From positions 32,001 to 96,000 of the IMG/VR virus record IMGVR_UViG_3300044614_001341: 64,000 bases of DNA. The stretch is one strand, 5' to 3'. Position 1 is the first letter of the stretch. Every line of letters begins with the position of its first letter. The notes under the pieces were generated by a model. It did no database searches and was not told the DNA's origin. It saw nothing but the letters and a program-made list of their open reading frames with translations. A program made the position numbers and the translations under genes. The stretch is from a virus. Positions 36,467-45,502 of this stretch are shown piece by piece.

Positions 36467-36976
36467 TTACACCCATTCTGGTTTACGTTCTGGCATACGG
36501 AGATAGTTGTCCGCAACCCAGGGTTTGGAAGCAATATACATTTTGTATGCAGTAAATGTATCAATGCTTTCATCAAATTTGTATTCGTCAGGCATAGCAC
36601 GAACGAATGGAGTCACCTCAGTAATCTTTCCTTTGGGAAAAAGGTAGTATGCGGCAACAAGAGTATTATAACACGAATGCTGCTTGCCGTATCGCAGAGT
36701 GTACTCATCACAGAGATTCATCCCGTGCTTAATCAACCAGTAGGCATTGTCAATAGTCTTTGCTACCCATTGAGTGCAGGGATGATTGCGAAAGGCACCC
36801 TTCTCAGTTGCATAGGAGGTTCCATCTGCTTTAGGAAGAGTGCCATAGTTGTGATACCACTTAGATGCCACGATAGAAAGCATTTGGCAGCACTCAAGAG
36901 ACATTTTCGTTACGTGACGGTCAGGAAGTACGATAGCACTTTCTGCTGGAAATGGTGAAGTGACAAAAATATTCAA
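36467..36976 (-). CDS. pyrimidine-dimer DNA glycosylase-like (DenV family) protein
   Basis: NIF...DRHVTKM.LE..QMLS, NHPCT.W, EY..RYGK.H. Confidence 0.75.
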   Translation of the reverse strand: MNIFVTSPFPAESAIVLPDRHVTKMSLECCQMLSIVASKWYHNYGTLPKADGTSYATEKGAFRNHPCTQWVAKTIDNAYWLIKHGMNLCDEYTLRYGKQHSCYNTLVAAYYLFPKGKITEVTPFVRAMPDEYKFDESIDTFTAYKMYIASKPWVADNYLRMPERKPEWV

Positions 36977-36978
36977 AG

Positions 36979-37560
36979 TTAGTTCCTCAAAGTTTTGTAA
37001 TAATTTAAAAGTAGTTCTAACTCTTTAACTGTAGCATCTCTCTTTAAGATATTTGCTCTTCTACTGACAACTGTAACATTTCCTTTTATATAACCTTTGG
37101 AACTGTCAATTCTATCTACACTCGGAGCATACATCCAAGTTTGTTTGTCTTCTCTTTTTAACTCAAATCCAAATACAGGGCATTTTTCTGGAATTATAAT
37201 ATCTTCCAATTCAATAGAAAACTCTCTTCCAGTTCTTTTGCATCTTGATTTGATGTTTTTGTAGAGAAGTTTAGCAGCATCAACTTTCCAATCTCTGTTT
37301 AATTTTTCAATTTGTCTTATTTTTGTAGAACATTTCTTACAAATGTCTTTTGTTCCAGAATTAACATTCCATTTTTCAATTAAACTAAACTTATTAAGAT
37401 TTAGTGATTGATTGCACTTTTTGCAAACTTTGTATCTGTTTGGATTTTCTTCTCGGTGTTTCATACCAAATTCTCTTGCATTATATACATTCATACATTT
37501 GCGAGAGCAAAATTTTCTTTGTCTTTTGCCAAGAATAGAATTACATTCCAAACAATACAT
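36979..37560 (-). CDS. His-Me/HNH-like endonuclease with Zn fingers
   Basis: CPVFG...PSVDRIDSSKGY..GNV.VVS.RAN..K. Confidence 0.8.
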   Translation of the reverse strand: MYCLECNSILGKRQRKFCSRKCMNVYNAREFGMKHREENPNRYKVCKKCNQSLNLNKFSLIEKWNVNSGTKDICKKCSTKIRQIEKLNRDWKVDAAKLLYKNIKSRCKRTGREFSIELEDIIIPEKCPVFGFELKREDKQTWMYAPSVDRIDSSKGYIKGNVTVVSRRANILKRDATVKELELLLNYYKTLRN

Positions 37561-37611
37561 TTGATTATCTTCTAACTGTATAAGTATTTATAAAAAGAAA
37601 ACTTACAAATG

Positions 37612-37806
37612 TTATTTCACTCTATCAAATCTCACAAAAGGAAATACTCCTTTTGGCATAATAGTCCAGGTTCTTTTTGTTGGTTCATCCCAATATCCAC
37701 TAAAACCAGTTGGAGTACAATATCCTTGATTATGCCAAACAAAACCAAAGATTTTCCCCCAATCACTTGTGATAAAAACTGGCAAACTTGTTTTAGTTTC
37801 ATTCAT
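37612..37806 (-). CDS. hypothetical protein
   Basis: ORF between neighbours; start reassigned to 37806. Confidence 0.5.
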   Translation of the reverse strand: MNETKTSLPVFITSDWGKIFGFVWHNQGYCTPTGFSGYWDEPTKRTWTIMPKGVFPFVRFDRVK

Positions 37807-37807
37807 A

Positions 37808-38230
37808 TCAGAAACAGTACTTTTGGAGTACATATTTAACTTCGTTAGGTTTATCTTCCATCCAATATGCTTCGTGTTCAATTCTTCTAGGGGCAGTAGA
37901 AGCACTTAAAGAATTTTTAATATCTTGAAGTTTATTGGATGGAAGAGGCATATCATTTAGTGATATTCCAAATGGTTTGTATCCATTACAAAAATGACCA
38001 ACGTGAGTACCTTCGTGATAAACAGTTTCATTAATATAAAATTTTGGATCAAATCCACTGCGTTTAATATTTTTGGTGCATATTATGAATTTTTTATCAA
38101 AATCTGCATATCCAAAAAGATTTTTGTTACTCCTACAATATCCAAAATTTTCAAGAACAGAATATTTTGCTCGATAGATTTGATTAAGAATATCTTTTGC
38201 TTGAGGAGTAAGATACAGTAAGAATTCCAT
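37808..38230 (-). CDS. HExxH metallopeptidase-like protein
   Basis: ETVYHEGTHVGH, EHEAY. Confidence 0.65.
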   Translation of the reverse strand: MEFLLYLTPQAKDILNQIYRAKYSVLENFGYCRSNKNLFGYADFDKKFIICTKNIKRSGFDPKFYINETVYHEGTHVGHFCNGYKPFGISLNDMPLPSNKLQDIKNSLSASTAPRRIEHEAYWMEDKPNEVKYVLQKYCF

Positions 38231-38916
38231 TAACCAAAAGTAGAATCAGGTTCCAGAGCAATATAATAGCAGAGGTTGTACTTAGGATTCGTGAACTGTG
38301 ACAGAAGTTTAGAAGACACTACCACGTCATAGGCACCAGGAATAATCTTGATGTTTTCTACCTTGAAGTTAAAGGTAAACTCCTTGTCAGTTTCACCAAC
38401 CACGATGGCATACTCGTTAGAAGTATCATTCTTCTTATCACGAACCACCAGTTTGATCACACCATTCTCACCAACCGCAGAGAGATCAGGGAGTTGATAT
38501 ACTGCTGCTGCCTTGACCAGTTTCTCCAGAGAAGTGCTGTCCAGTTGGAAGCAAACATCTTGTGAAGGAAGTTGAATGTCCTTATCGGGGGGTGAAATGA
38601 TCACATTGGGGTCTGCAAAGAAATACTTCACACGACGTTTGCCTTCTTTGATGCTTAGGTAAGATCCCTCAGTGAAATCAAGATCAGGGTCCTGATGAAG
38701 ACTCAGACCATTCAAAAACTGGTTGAGATCATAAATCGCAAAGTCACGGGGGAAGTCTTCTGTAATCTCTGCCTCGGCAAGAATGTTCTTTGCCACAGAA
38801 ATCGTGCGAAGACGATTGCCCTGTTTCACAAGAATCGAGTTGTTAATACCAGCAAAGTTCTTGAGAAGTGCGAGAGTATTGTCAGAAAGTTTCATAGTTT
38901 TGTTCGGAAGTTTCAT
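38230..38916 (-). CDS. g45: sliding clamp (gp45)
   Basis: LKNFAGINNSI, FAIYDLNQFL, YYIALE. Confidence 0.95.
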   Translation of the reverse strand: MKLPNKTMKLSDNTLALLKNFAGINNSILVKQGNRLRTISVAKNILAEAEITEDFPRDFAIYDLNQFLNGLSLHQDPDLDFTEGSYLSIKEGKRRVKYFFADPNVIISPPDKDIQLPSQDVCFQLDSTSLEKLVKAAAVYQLPDLSAVGENGVIKLVVRDKKNDTSNEYAIVVGETDKEFTFNFKVENIKIIPGAYDVVVSSKLLSQFTNPKYNLCYYIALEPDSTFG

Positions 38917-38918
38917 AA

Positions 38919-39272
38919 TCAGCGAAATTCAGTAAGACCATTATCTTTGCGAGAATAATGCCCATCGAAGTGGAGAAGAAGCATAGCATAGTGAATAACC
39001 TTCATCAAATCACGTTTGTTGCGTCCATCTTTATCACCATAACGACTTCCATATTTTAAGATATTTGCCTGACAGAATCCTGGTGCAAGATCTTTTGCCG
39101 CCATCAAGTCAATTGTTTGAATGTCTTGATACTGCTGATTATGTCCACAGTAGTGACTGCCGTAAGTGCTAGTCACGTAATCTTGAATATCTTTTAGGAT
39201 TTTATCTTCGTTGTATTTCCAAAGATGATTTGTTTTTTCAGTCATAGTAATAGTAAAATTCGAATCAATCAT
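38919..39272 (-). CDS. conserved T4-like hypothetical protein (DUF3310-like)
   Basis: TYGSHY, ANILKYGSRYG.KDG, DLMKVIHYA. Confidence 0.75.
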   Translation of the reverse strand: MIDSNFTITMTEKTNHLWKYNEDKILKDIQDYVTSTYGSHYCGHNQQYQDIQTIDLMAAKDLAPGFCQANILKYGSRYGDKDGRNKRDLMKVIHYAMLLLHFDGHYSRKDNGLTEFR

Positions 39273-39307
39273 AAAGAGAAGGCACATTTTTACCTTCCCC
39301 AATTATA

Positions 39308-40438
39308 TCAAATTTGAGGAGGATAGTCAATGTATTCTACAGTCAATTCAGGTTGTGAAGGCATCACAAAATCAGCATCCACCTTATCATACAGTTCAAG
39401 GAAAGCAGTCTTGGTTTCTTCATCAAAACGATTCACACAGACTTGAATTGCCTTTGCCTTATCGTTGAAGATGCTGTAAGCACGAATGATATGAACCAGA
39501 CGACGGGTGCTGATGATTTCCTCAATACCACCATCATAGAAGGTCTTGCGGATAATATCACCCCAATCCACCAGACGCTTGCAGAAGTCACGATCCTCCA
39601 TCCCAAGGTCCAGAGCGATGCCTTCCAGAATCTTCTGCTCAGTAGCAGGAGCAGGATAGGACTGCTCCAGAGTCACAGGGAAACGCTCTAGAAACGCCTC
39701 GTTGAGCACGTTGGTGCCAATGAAGCGCCCATCATCGCTGCCCTTGCCCTTGGTGTTTGCAGTGGCGAATACGTTGAATCCAGCAGCAGGTTTGACGAAC
39801 TTGCCGATTTTCTTGAGGAAGACACCCTTACCTTCCAGAACAGATTGAAGACACAGAATCTTGTTAGAAGCAAGGTCAATCTCATCCAGCAGAAGGATTG
39901 CACCACGTTCCAGTGCCTCAATCACAGGACCGTTATGCCAGGCAGTTTCACCATTCACAAGACGGAAACCACCAATCAAATCATCCTCATCAGTCTCAAT
40001 GGTGATGTTGACACGAATCAGTTCACGCTTAAGTTGAGCACACGCTTGCTCAATACTGAACGTTTTACCATTACCCGAAAGACCCGTAATGAACGTTGGA
40101 TAAAAAAGATTGGAAGAAATAATTTTCTTAATATCGTTAAAATTACCAAACTTGACGAAGGTATCATCTTTATCAGGGATCAGGTTTTGTTCCACGGCAG
40201 GAAGTGCGGGAGGTGCTTGATAAGAACGTTCAATCTCTTCTACACGTTCTTGAGTCACTTCCAGATTCCAACGACCACGAGAAGTCTTGAATTGCTCCAA
40301 ACGACGAGTCACAGTCTGGTAGTTGAGACTACGAGAAGCACAGAAACCTTTCAGGTCACCAGAAGTAATTTCGGAACCATAAAGTTCTTTGATGGATTCA
40401 ATCAGTTGAGCGTCGTTCACAGAGGACTTGCGAGACAT
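39308..40438 (-). CDS. cobS: MoxR/CobS-like AAA+ ATPase
   Basis: GLSGNGKT, LLLDEID, ATANTKGKG, NEAFLERF. Confidence 0.9.
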   Translation of the reverse strand: MSRKSSVNDAQLIESIKELYGSEITSGDLKGFCASRSLNYQTVTRRLEQFKTSRGRWNLEVTQERVEEIERSYQAPPALPAVEQNLIPDKDDTFVKFGNFNDIKKIISSNLFYPTFITGLSGNGKTFSIEQACAQLKRELIRVNITIETDEDDLIGGFRLVNGETAWHNGPVIEALERGAILLLDEIDLASNKILCLQSVLEGKGVFLKKIGKFVKPAAGFNVFATANTKGKGSDDGRFIGTNVLNEAFLERFPVTLEQSYPAPATEQKILEGIALDLGMEDRDFCKRLVDWGDIIRKTFYDGGIEEIISTRRLVHIIRAYSIFNDKAKAIQVCVNRFDEETKTAFLELYDKVDADFVMPSQPELTVEYIDYPPQI

Positions 40439-40544
40439 AATGTAGTTAGGTGGTTTGTTTCAACAGACTTATTATACACACAAAAAAGGGGCAACCAAGT
40501 GCCCCTTGTGACAGTTTGAAAAGTGGTTCAGGTAAGGTTCATTG

Positions 40545-40679
40545 TTAACTTTTCTTTTTAGTTGCTTTTGTCGGTTTTTCAACAACAACTTCTTCAACCT
40601 TGACCGATTCTGATTTTACTTCTGGTTCTGGTGTTACTTCTGGGGGTGTTTCCTGAAGTAAATCTGTAAATCTACTCAT
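40545..40679 (-). CDS. small E/P/K-rich peptide (44 aa)
   Basis: manually translated; GATAAATA late promoter upstream. Confidence 0.5.
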   Translation of the reverse strand: MSRFTDLLQETPPEVTPEPEVKSESVKVEEVVVEKPTKATKKKS

Positions 40680-40709
40680 TAGACCTAGTATAATTCTTGA
40701 AAGTATTTA

Positions 40710-42857
40710 TCAAGCAACAAGTTCCACAAACTCACCCAAAATTTTCTTATTCATTTTTTTAGTTTTAAGACTTTTCACAAATGCGGATTTAATTTGTGCC
40801 TTTGTTGCATCCTCAGCAACAGCAAACTCAGATTCCTGAGAAAGAGTGTTTGCAGACAGACCGAAGTAGGAATGATAACCAGAATTCTTAAGAATAAATG
40901 CTTTCTCTTTTTTCCAAGCGTTCGTTACCTTATCATACTCAGAACCATAATATCCACAGTAGCGACGAATAAAAGCGCCAGCATCACGAGATTCAAGAAC
41001 ACGAATACCAATAAAGTTAATATCAATAAACTTGTCCCGCAAATTGTGAAGAAGAACCTCAGTGAAATCCTGATGCTCATAGTCACAAGAATAGGTCATT
41101 CCAGTCTTACGATCGCGAAGAAAGGCATTAGATCCAATATGAGCAGTGCCCATAAAGGGGTTATCCTCCCAGCGGCGTTGAACCTCACGATGATATTTCA
41201 CAAGGCAACCCTCACCATCAGTCAAAACCACACACTGAACTTTCTGCAGTTTGTTCTCCTTCTGGAACTTAGGCAGAATCTGGTGAAGAGAAATCAGTGC
41301 CTCATTCAGGGGAGTGCCTGAAAGTCCCATTCCAAGAGGAGTAGAATAGTAGCAGTGAGAATTATAAGAGAATGACTTAGCAAGACGAAAGATATTTTTC
41401 ATCTGCTCCTCCAGAGTGTTTGAATTCACTTTGCTGGTGAGAAGATTCATCATAGAGAACCATTCACCCACCTGAACAAGACCATCTTTCTTCTTGTAGG
41501 CAAGTTCACGAATGTTTGCCTTACCATCTACATCATACTTTACAAGAGGATAATCAGTGGTGAAGGCATAGACCTCAAACGGAATCGCAACTTTTTTACA
41601 AAACCAAATAAGATTGAAGAGTTGTTTGGCAGTATCCAGCATCACATTGGACATAGAACCAGACCAGTCTAGAACGAACACCAGACCATGATTCTTACCA
41701 TCAGCAAGAGTTGTAACCTTCCTGAAGATATCTTCATTATACTTGTAAGTGTGCAGTTTGGAGCAGTCCAGAACGCCAGTACGGGCAGTTGATGCACGTG
41801 CATAGGAATCTGCTGCCTTGCGACACTCAAACTCTTTCACCAGATAGTTGACTTCCTTTTGAGCAGAACGCTTGAATTCAAAATACTGCTTATCAACTTC
41901 ACCAAAGATATTCTCATACTTATAATCATTTCTTGTAAGAAAGTCATCCCAAGATTCTTTACACTTGGAATGAATCTCTTGATTGGGAACAATAACTTTA
42001 GTCAAATCAAGTTGAGGCAGTTCAAGATAAACATTCTCATAAGGGTTAGTACCGACGAGTTCTTTCAGTGCCTCTTCAAGAGACTCCATCGTTTTGACTT
42101 CAGGTTCCTCATTCTTCTCACCACCTTCATTCGTAGGTTGCTGTTGCTGAGAATTTTCTTCAGAAGAGGAAGCACGATCAGAACCCTCAGTTTCAGGTTG
42201 ATCGCTCTCACCTTGCTCCTGATCACTAAAATCAGAAGCAGGTTGATTATCGGCACCACTTTGTTGCAACTCAAGACTATCCAGAGAAGTCTTGGTTTCT
42301 TCCTGTTGCTTTTGCTTACAATACTTATACAATGCTTCTGCAGCAATTAACACATCAGCAAAGGTCTCAGTATTAGCAATCAGTTTGATAATCTCAGTCT
42401 CTTCACCACGCTCAATCGGCACATCAACATAATTGCCAATCTTGAACCACAGGTTTGCACGGTCAGCAAGGTTATAAGTTTCTACATTATCATCTTTGAT
42501 TTGAAAGAAGTCATCATCGGCAAGTTCCTTGTAACCACTATAAAAACTTTTAGGAGAACCTGGATATTTTCTTTTACAAAGTTTTTCTACACGCACATCC
42601 TCACAAATATTTACAAAAGTCGCTGGGACTTTACATTCTTTAGTCCAATCATAATTTGGGGTCCAAAGGGCATGGCTAATTTCGTGCAGGACAAGCATGG
42701 TGTAAATATTATCACTCGCTTTTTCCCACATAGGTAAGGTCAATACCCTTGTATGGACATTAAAACAAGCAGTTTCTACCTTTTTATGTTCCACCACAAG
42801 GTCCTCCGTCGCCAATAAACGAGCAAGGGACCCTTTGACTTCAAACTTAACGGACAT
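40710..42857 (-). CDS. CobT-like protein with N-terminal HExxH peptidase motif and VWA domain
   Basis: HEISHAL, DWSGSM MIDAS, SGTPL, LTDGEG; partner of adjacent AAA ATPase. Confidence 0.85.
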   Translation of the reverse strand: MSVKFEVKGSLARLLATEDLVVEHKKVETACFNVHTRVLTLPMWEKASDNIYTMLVLHEISHALWTPNYDWTKECKVPATFVNICEDVRVEKLCKRKYPGSPKSFYSGYKELADDDFFQIKDDNVETYNLADRANLWFKIGNYVDVPIERGEETEIIKLIANTETFADVLIAAEALYKYCKQKQQEETKTSLDSLELQQSGADNQPASDFSDQEQGESDQPETEGSDRASSSEENSQQQQPTNEGGEKNEEPEVKTMESLEEALKELVGTNPYENVYLELPQLDLTKVIVPNQEIHSKCKESWDDFLTRNDYKYENIFGEVDKQYFEFKRSAQKEVNYLVKEFECRKAADSYARASTARTGVLDCSKLHTYKYNEDIFRKVTTLADGKNHGLVFVLDWSGSMSNVMLDTAKQLFNLIWFCKKVAIPFEVYAFTTDYPLVKYDVDGKANIRELAYKKKDGLVQVGEWFSMMNLLTSKVNSNTLEEQMKNIFRLAKSFSYNSHCYYSTPLGMGLSGTPLNEALISLHQILPKFQKENKLQKVQCVVLTDGEGCLVKYHREVQRRWEDNPFMGTAHIGSNAFLRDRKTGMTYSCDYEHQDFTEVLLHNLRDKFIDINFIGIRVLESRDAGAFIRRYCGYYGSEYDKVTNAWKKEKAFILKNSGYHSYFGLSANTLSQESEFAVAEDATKAQIKSAFVKSLKTKKMNKKILGEFVELVA

Positions 42858-42904
42858 TTGGTTGTGTGCGATATGTGAGTATTATACGGTAACTTTAAAA
42901 CGCT

Positions 42905-43624
42905 TCACACCTTTTTATCCAGTTCCTCAACTGTCACAACCTTCCAACCCTTATGGTTTGTATACTTACCACGAGCAACAGAAGTCATTAAACGAGCAGT
43001 TAAATTATGTTCTTCACAAAATTTTTTCATATTATTAGTAATGAAAATATTTTCATCAGGACTTTGAATTGTATATTCATATTTTATACTTCTATTAGAA
43101 AGTTTTTTTAAAGTTTCTGGTGTTGCTTTTCTACCAATATTCCATTTACCATATTCAACACCTACTTTGTTTGATATAATTCTTCCAAGAACCCAACCAT
43201 CACCAGGACATTCTTTACAAAGTTTTTCTTTTATACCATTATTCCATCTTTTATTTCCCTTTCTAACTTTACTCAATTTTTCTCTATGTTTTTGAGATAG
43301 GGACTTACCAAGTTTTTTTTGTCTCATTTTTTCCTTTGTAATATCACTTATATTTGATGTTCCATCACCACCTTCTGTCCTATTATGCAGAATACCTGTC
43401 CCCAAATCTTTTCTACCAAAAACAGCAATCATATACTTTTCGTGATTAAATGCCTCTTCTTCTAAAAGATTTTTCTTTAAAAACAAAATCCGTTCTTTTG
43501 GTGGAACAAAAATATTGATGTGATTTTTACTATATGCCCTATCTCTTTGGCCCTTACCAATATAATAAGGAGTTCCATCTTTACGCAAATAAGCGTAAGT
43601 ATAAAATCTTTTTGGATTTTTCAT
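42905..43624 (-). CDS. free-standing GIY-YIG-like homing endonuclease (NUMOD3)
   Basis: FYTYAYLRKDGTPYYIGKG, LHNRTEGGDG, HKGW. Confidence 0.85.
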   Translation of the reverse strand: MKNPKRFYTYAYLRKDGTPYYIGKGQRDRAYSKNHINIFVPPKERILFLKKNLLEEEAFNHEKYMIAVFGRKDLGTGILHNRTEGGDGTSNISDITKEKMRQKKLGKSLSQKHREKLSKVRKGNKRWNNGIKEKLCKECPGDGWVLGRIISNKVGVEYGKWNIGRKATPETLKKLSNRSIKYEYTIQSPDENIFITNNMKKFCEEHNLTARLMTSVARGKYTNHKGWKVVTVEELDKKV

Positions 43625-43781
43625 CCTACTCTAATACAACGGCATAAGTATTTATACAGGAAAAGGCACCCGAAAGTGCCTTAACCATCCTAACAGATTG
43701 CCGTCGTATTAGGTTCAACTATTTATCATACAAAAAAAGAGGGTGGTGAAACCCTCTTATGTACCAGTTTAAAAAGTGGAC

Positions 43782-44351
43782 TCACGCACCTTCAAGTTTT
43801 CCCATTTGTCTTGCAGACTCTTTGGCCTTTTGTAATGCTTGTCCAGCATTTTGTTTTCCTGGAATATAAGTAAGACCTGATCCAGATTTTTCAGCATTTT
43901 GACGATTAAATTTATCCTGAACATAATCAATTCTTGCGGTTTGCTCAATAATACTCTGCCTCCACTCTTCACTCATGTTTGCCATAATAGCAAGTGCTGC
44001 ATTGTTGGTGTCAGCATAACCTTCGGCAACTAGGTGCTCCAAGATATGCTCAAACATATCTTTACCGCCTTTTTTAGGAACTTTTCCCCTATCTCTAAGT
44101 CTCTCACGACCACCTTCTGCTCTCTCCTCTTTAGAAGCTCCTGGACGGAATTTACCCAACATTAATCTGCCGTGAGTTTCAGACTTAGTTTCTGGTCTTC
44201 CTCTTTCCTTATCTTCTTTACGCTTTTGAGATTCACGTGAAAGAGCACTGAGACTCGTTGTTCTACCTTCATCAAGTTGCTCTACTTCCTCTTGAGAAGA
44301 ATAAACTTGCTGATAGGCTTCTTGAAGGGCACGAAGTTCTTTTGAGTTCAT
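43782..44351 (-). CDS. late protein of EAY..VY / ILEHL.AEGYA family, probable internal virion protein
   Basis: late promoter 44371-44378; shared domain with 11482 and 44380 ORFs. Confidence 0.7.
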   Translation of the reverse strand: MNSKELRALQEAYQQVYSSQEEVEQLDEGRTTSLSALSRESQKRKEDKERGRPETKSETHGRLMLGKFRPGASKEERAEGGRERLRDRGKVPKKGGKDMFEHILEHLVAEGYADTNNAALAIMANMSEEWRQSIIEQTARIDYVQDKFNRQNAEKSGSGLTYIPGKQNAGQALQKAKESARQMGKLEGA

Positions 44352-44379
44352 CTTACAACTACTTTTTAGTTATTTATAA

Positions 44380-45273
44380 TTAAGCAACCTTATAAGATTT
44401 GTTGTTCCAAGTAAAAGTAGAACCCATTCCACTCTTCTGTTTTGCTGTTTTATATGCCTTATCAAAAGACTGTGCTCTAGTCAAACCTTGATCTGGATTT
44501 TTTGGTCCTTGTTTTGGTTTATAATCTCCTCTCTTAAGAGCACCAGTTAATGTGGCATCACCAACTGGTTTGGGTGCCATTACAGCAGCAGCAGGAGCAG
44601 CAGCACCAACACGACCAGAACTGGCAATATTTCTTAGCGCAGAAACGGCACCAGCAGTTTTAGCAACTGGTTCAGCAACTTTTCTTGCCTGTCCAGCAAA
44701 TCGTTGAAGTTCTGGAAACTTATCCATATTTGGTCCAGTTGCTCTAACTGTAGCACCAGGTCTATATGGATTTGGTTTTGTTGGTGCTGGTGGTTTTGCT
44801 GCTGGAGAAGCAGTTTTTGTTATTTTAGGAGCAGGTGCTTTAGGAGCTTTAACTTCTTTTGGTTTATTTGGATAGAGCATTTTTCTCAATCCTTGGGCAA
44901 AAACCTGAGTTGGATGTGGTTTATCAAATCCAAGAATATTTGCAATTCCTCTACCAATTACTTCCTGTGGATTCATTCCTTGTTCCACAACGTAAGACAT
45001 AATATAGTTTGATTCTTCTAAAGTACATCCCTCATTAATAAGATAATCTAAAACTTCATCATAAAGATCTTCATCAAGAACTTCACCTTCTAGTTCATAA
45101 TGTGCTTTTTGCAGCCCACCCTTGAATGTGTGAACCTTTTCTCCTTTGGGTATCATTTTTTCAAGTTGATCCTTTGCAGCACGATCAGTTGGTTCTTTTA
45201 AAGGAACTCCAATTTGTTGTTCATAAACTTTTTGATATGCCTCAACTAATTCTAGATATTCTTTCACTTTCAT
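44380..45273 (-). CDS. late protein of same family, A/P/K-rich
   Basis: late promoter 45293-45300; LYDEVLDYLINEG domain. Confidence 0.7.
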   Translation of the reverse strand: MKVKEYLELVEAYQKVYEQQIGVPLKEPTDRAAKDQLEKMIPKGEKVHTFKGGLQKAHYELEGEVLDEDLYDEVLDYLINEGCTLEESNYIMSYVVEQGMNPQEVIGRGIANILGFDKPHPTQVFAQGLRKMLYPNKPKEVKAPKAPAPKITKTASPAAKPPAPTKPNPYRPGATVRATGPNMDKFPELQRFAGQARKVAEPVAKTAGAVSALRNIASSGRVGAAAPAAAVMAPKPVGDATLTGALKRGDYKPKQGPKNPDQGLTRAQSFDKAYKTAKQKSGMGSTFTWNNKSYKVA

Positions 45274-45295
45274 CTTTCAAGTACTTTTGAGTTAT

Positions 45296-45430
45296 TTATA
45301 AAAAAACACCCCTTTCGGAGTGCTTTTTCTTGAGTGCTTGGCGTCGTGCCTTTGCTTGTCGAAGTGCTTGCGGTTTCAGTTTCCGCTTCTGCTCCTTTTT
45401 AGAATGATGGTAGCGGTTGGGGACTTGCAT
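45296..45430 (-). CDS. small basic protein (44 aa, MQVPNRYHHSKKEQKRKLKPQALRQAK...)
   Basis: manually translated; sigma70-like promoter upstream. Confidence 0.55.
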   Translation of the reverse strand: MQVPNRYHHSKKEQKRKLKPQALRQAKARRQALKKKHSERGVFL

Positions 45431-45502
45431 TAGTCTTGTGCTTGTGAGGACAGATTACTATCTGTATTTACGGAAGTCAAGGAGTCCAGTTGAGAAAGTG
45501 TC

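Noticed and set aside
39845-42350. plus-strand ORFs of 160-224 aa
   Set aside because: Shadows of the cobS and cobT-like genes
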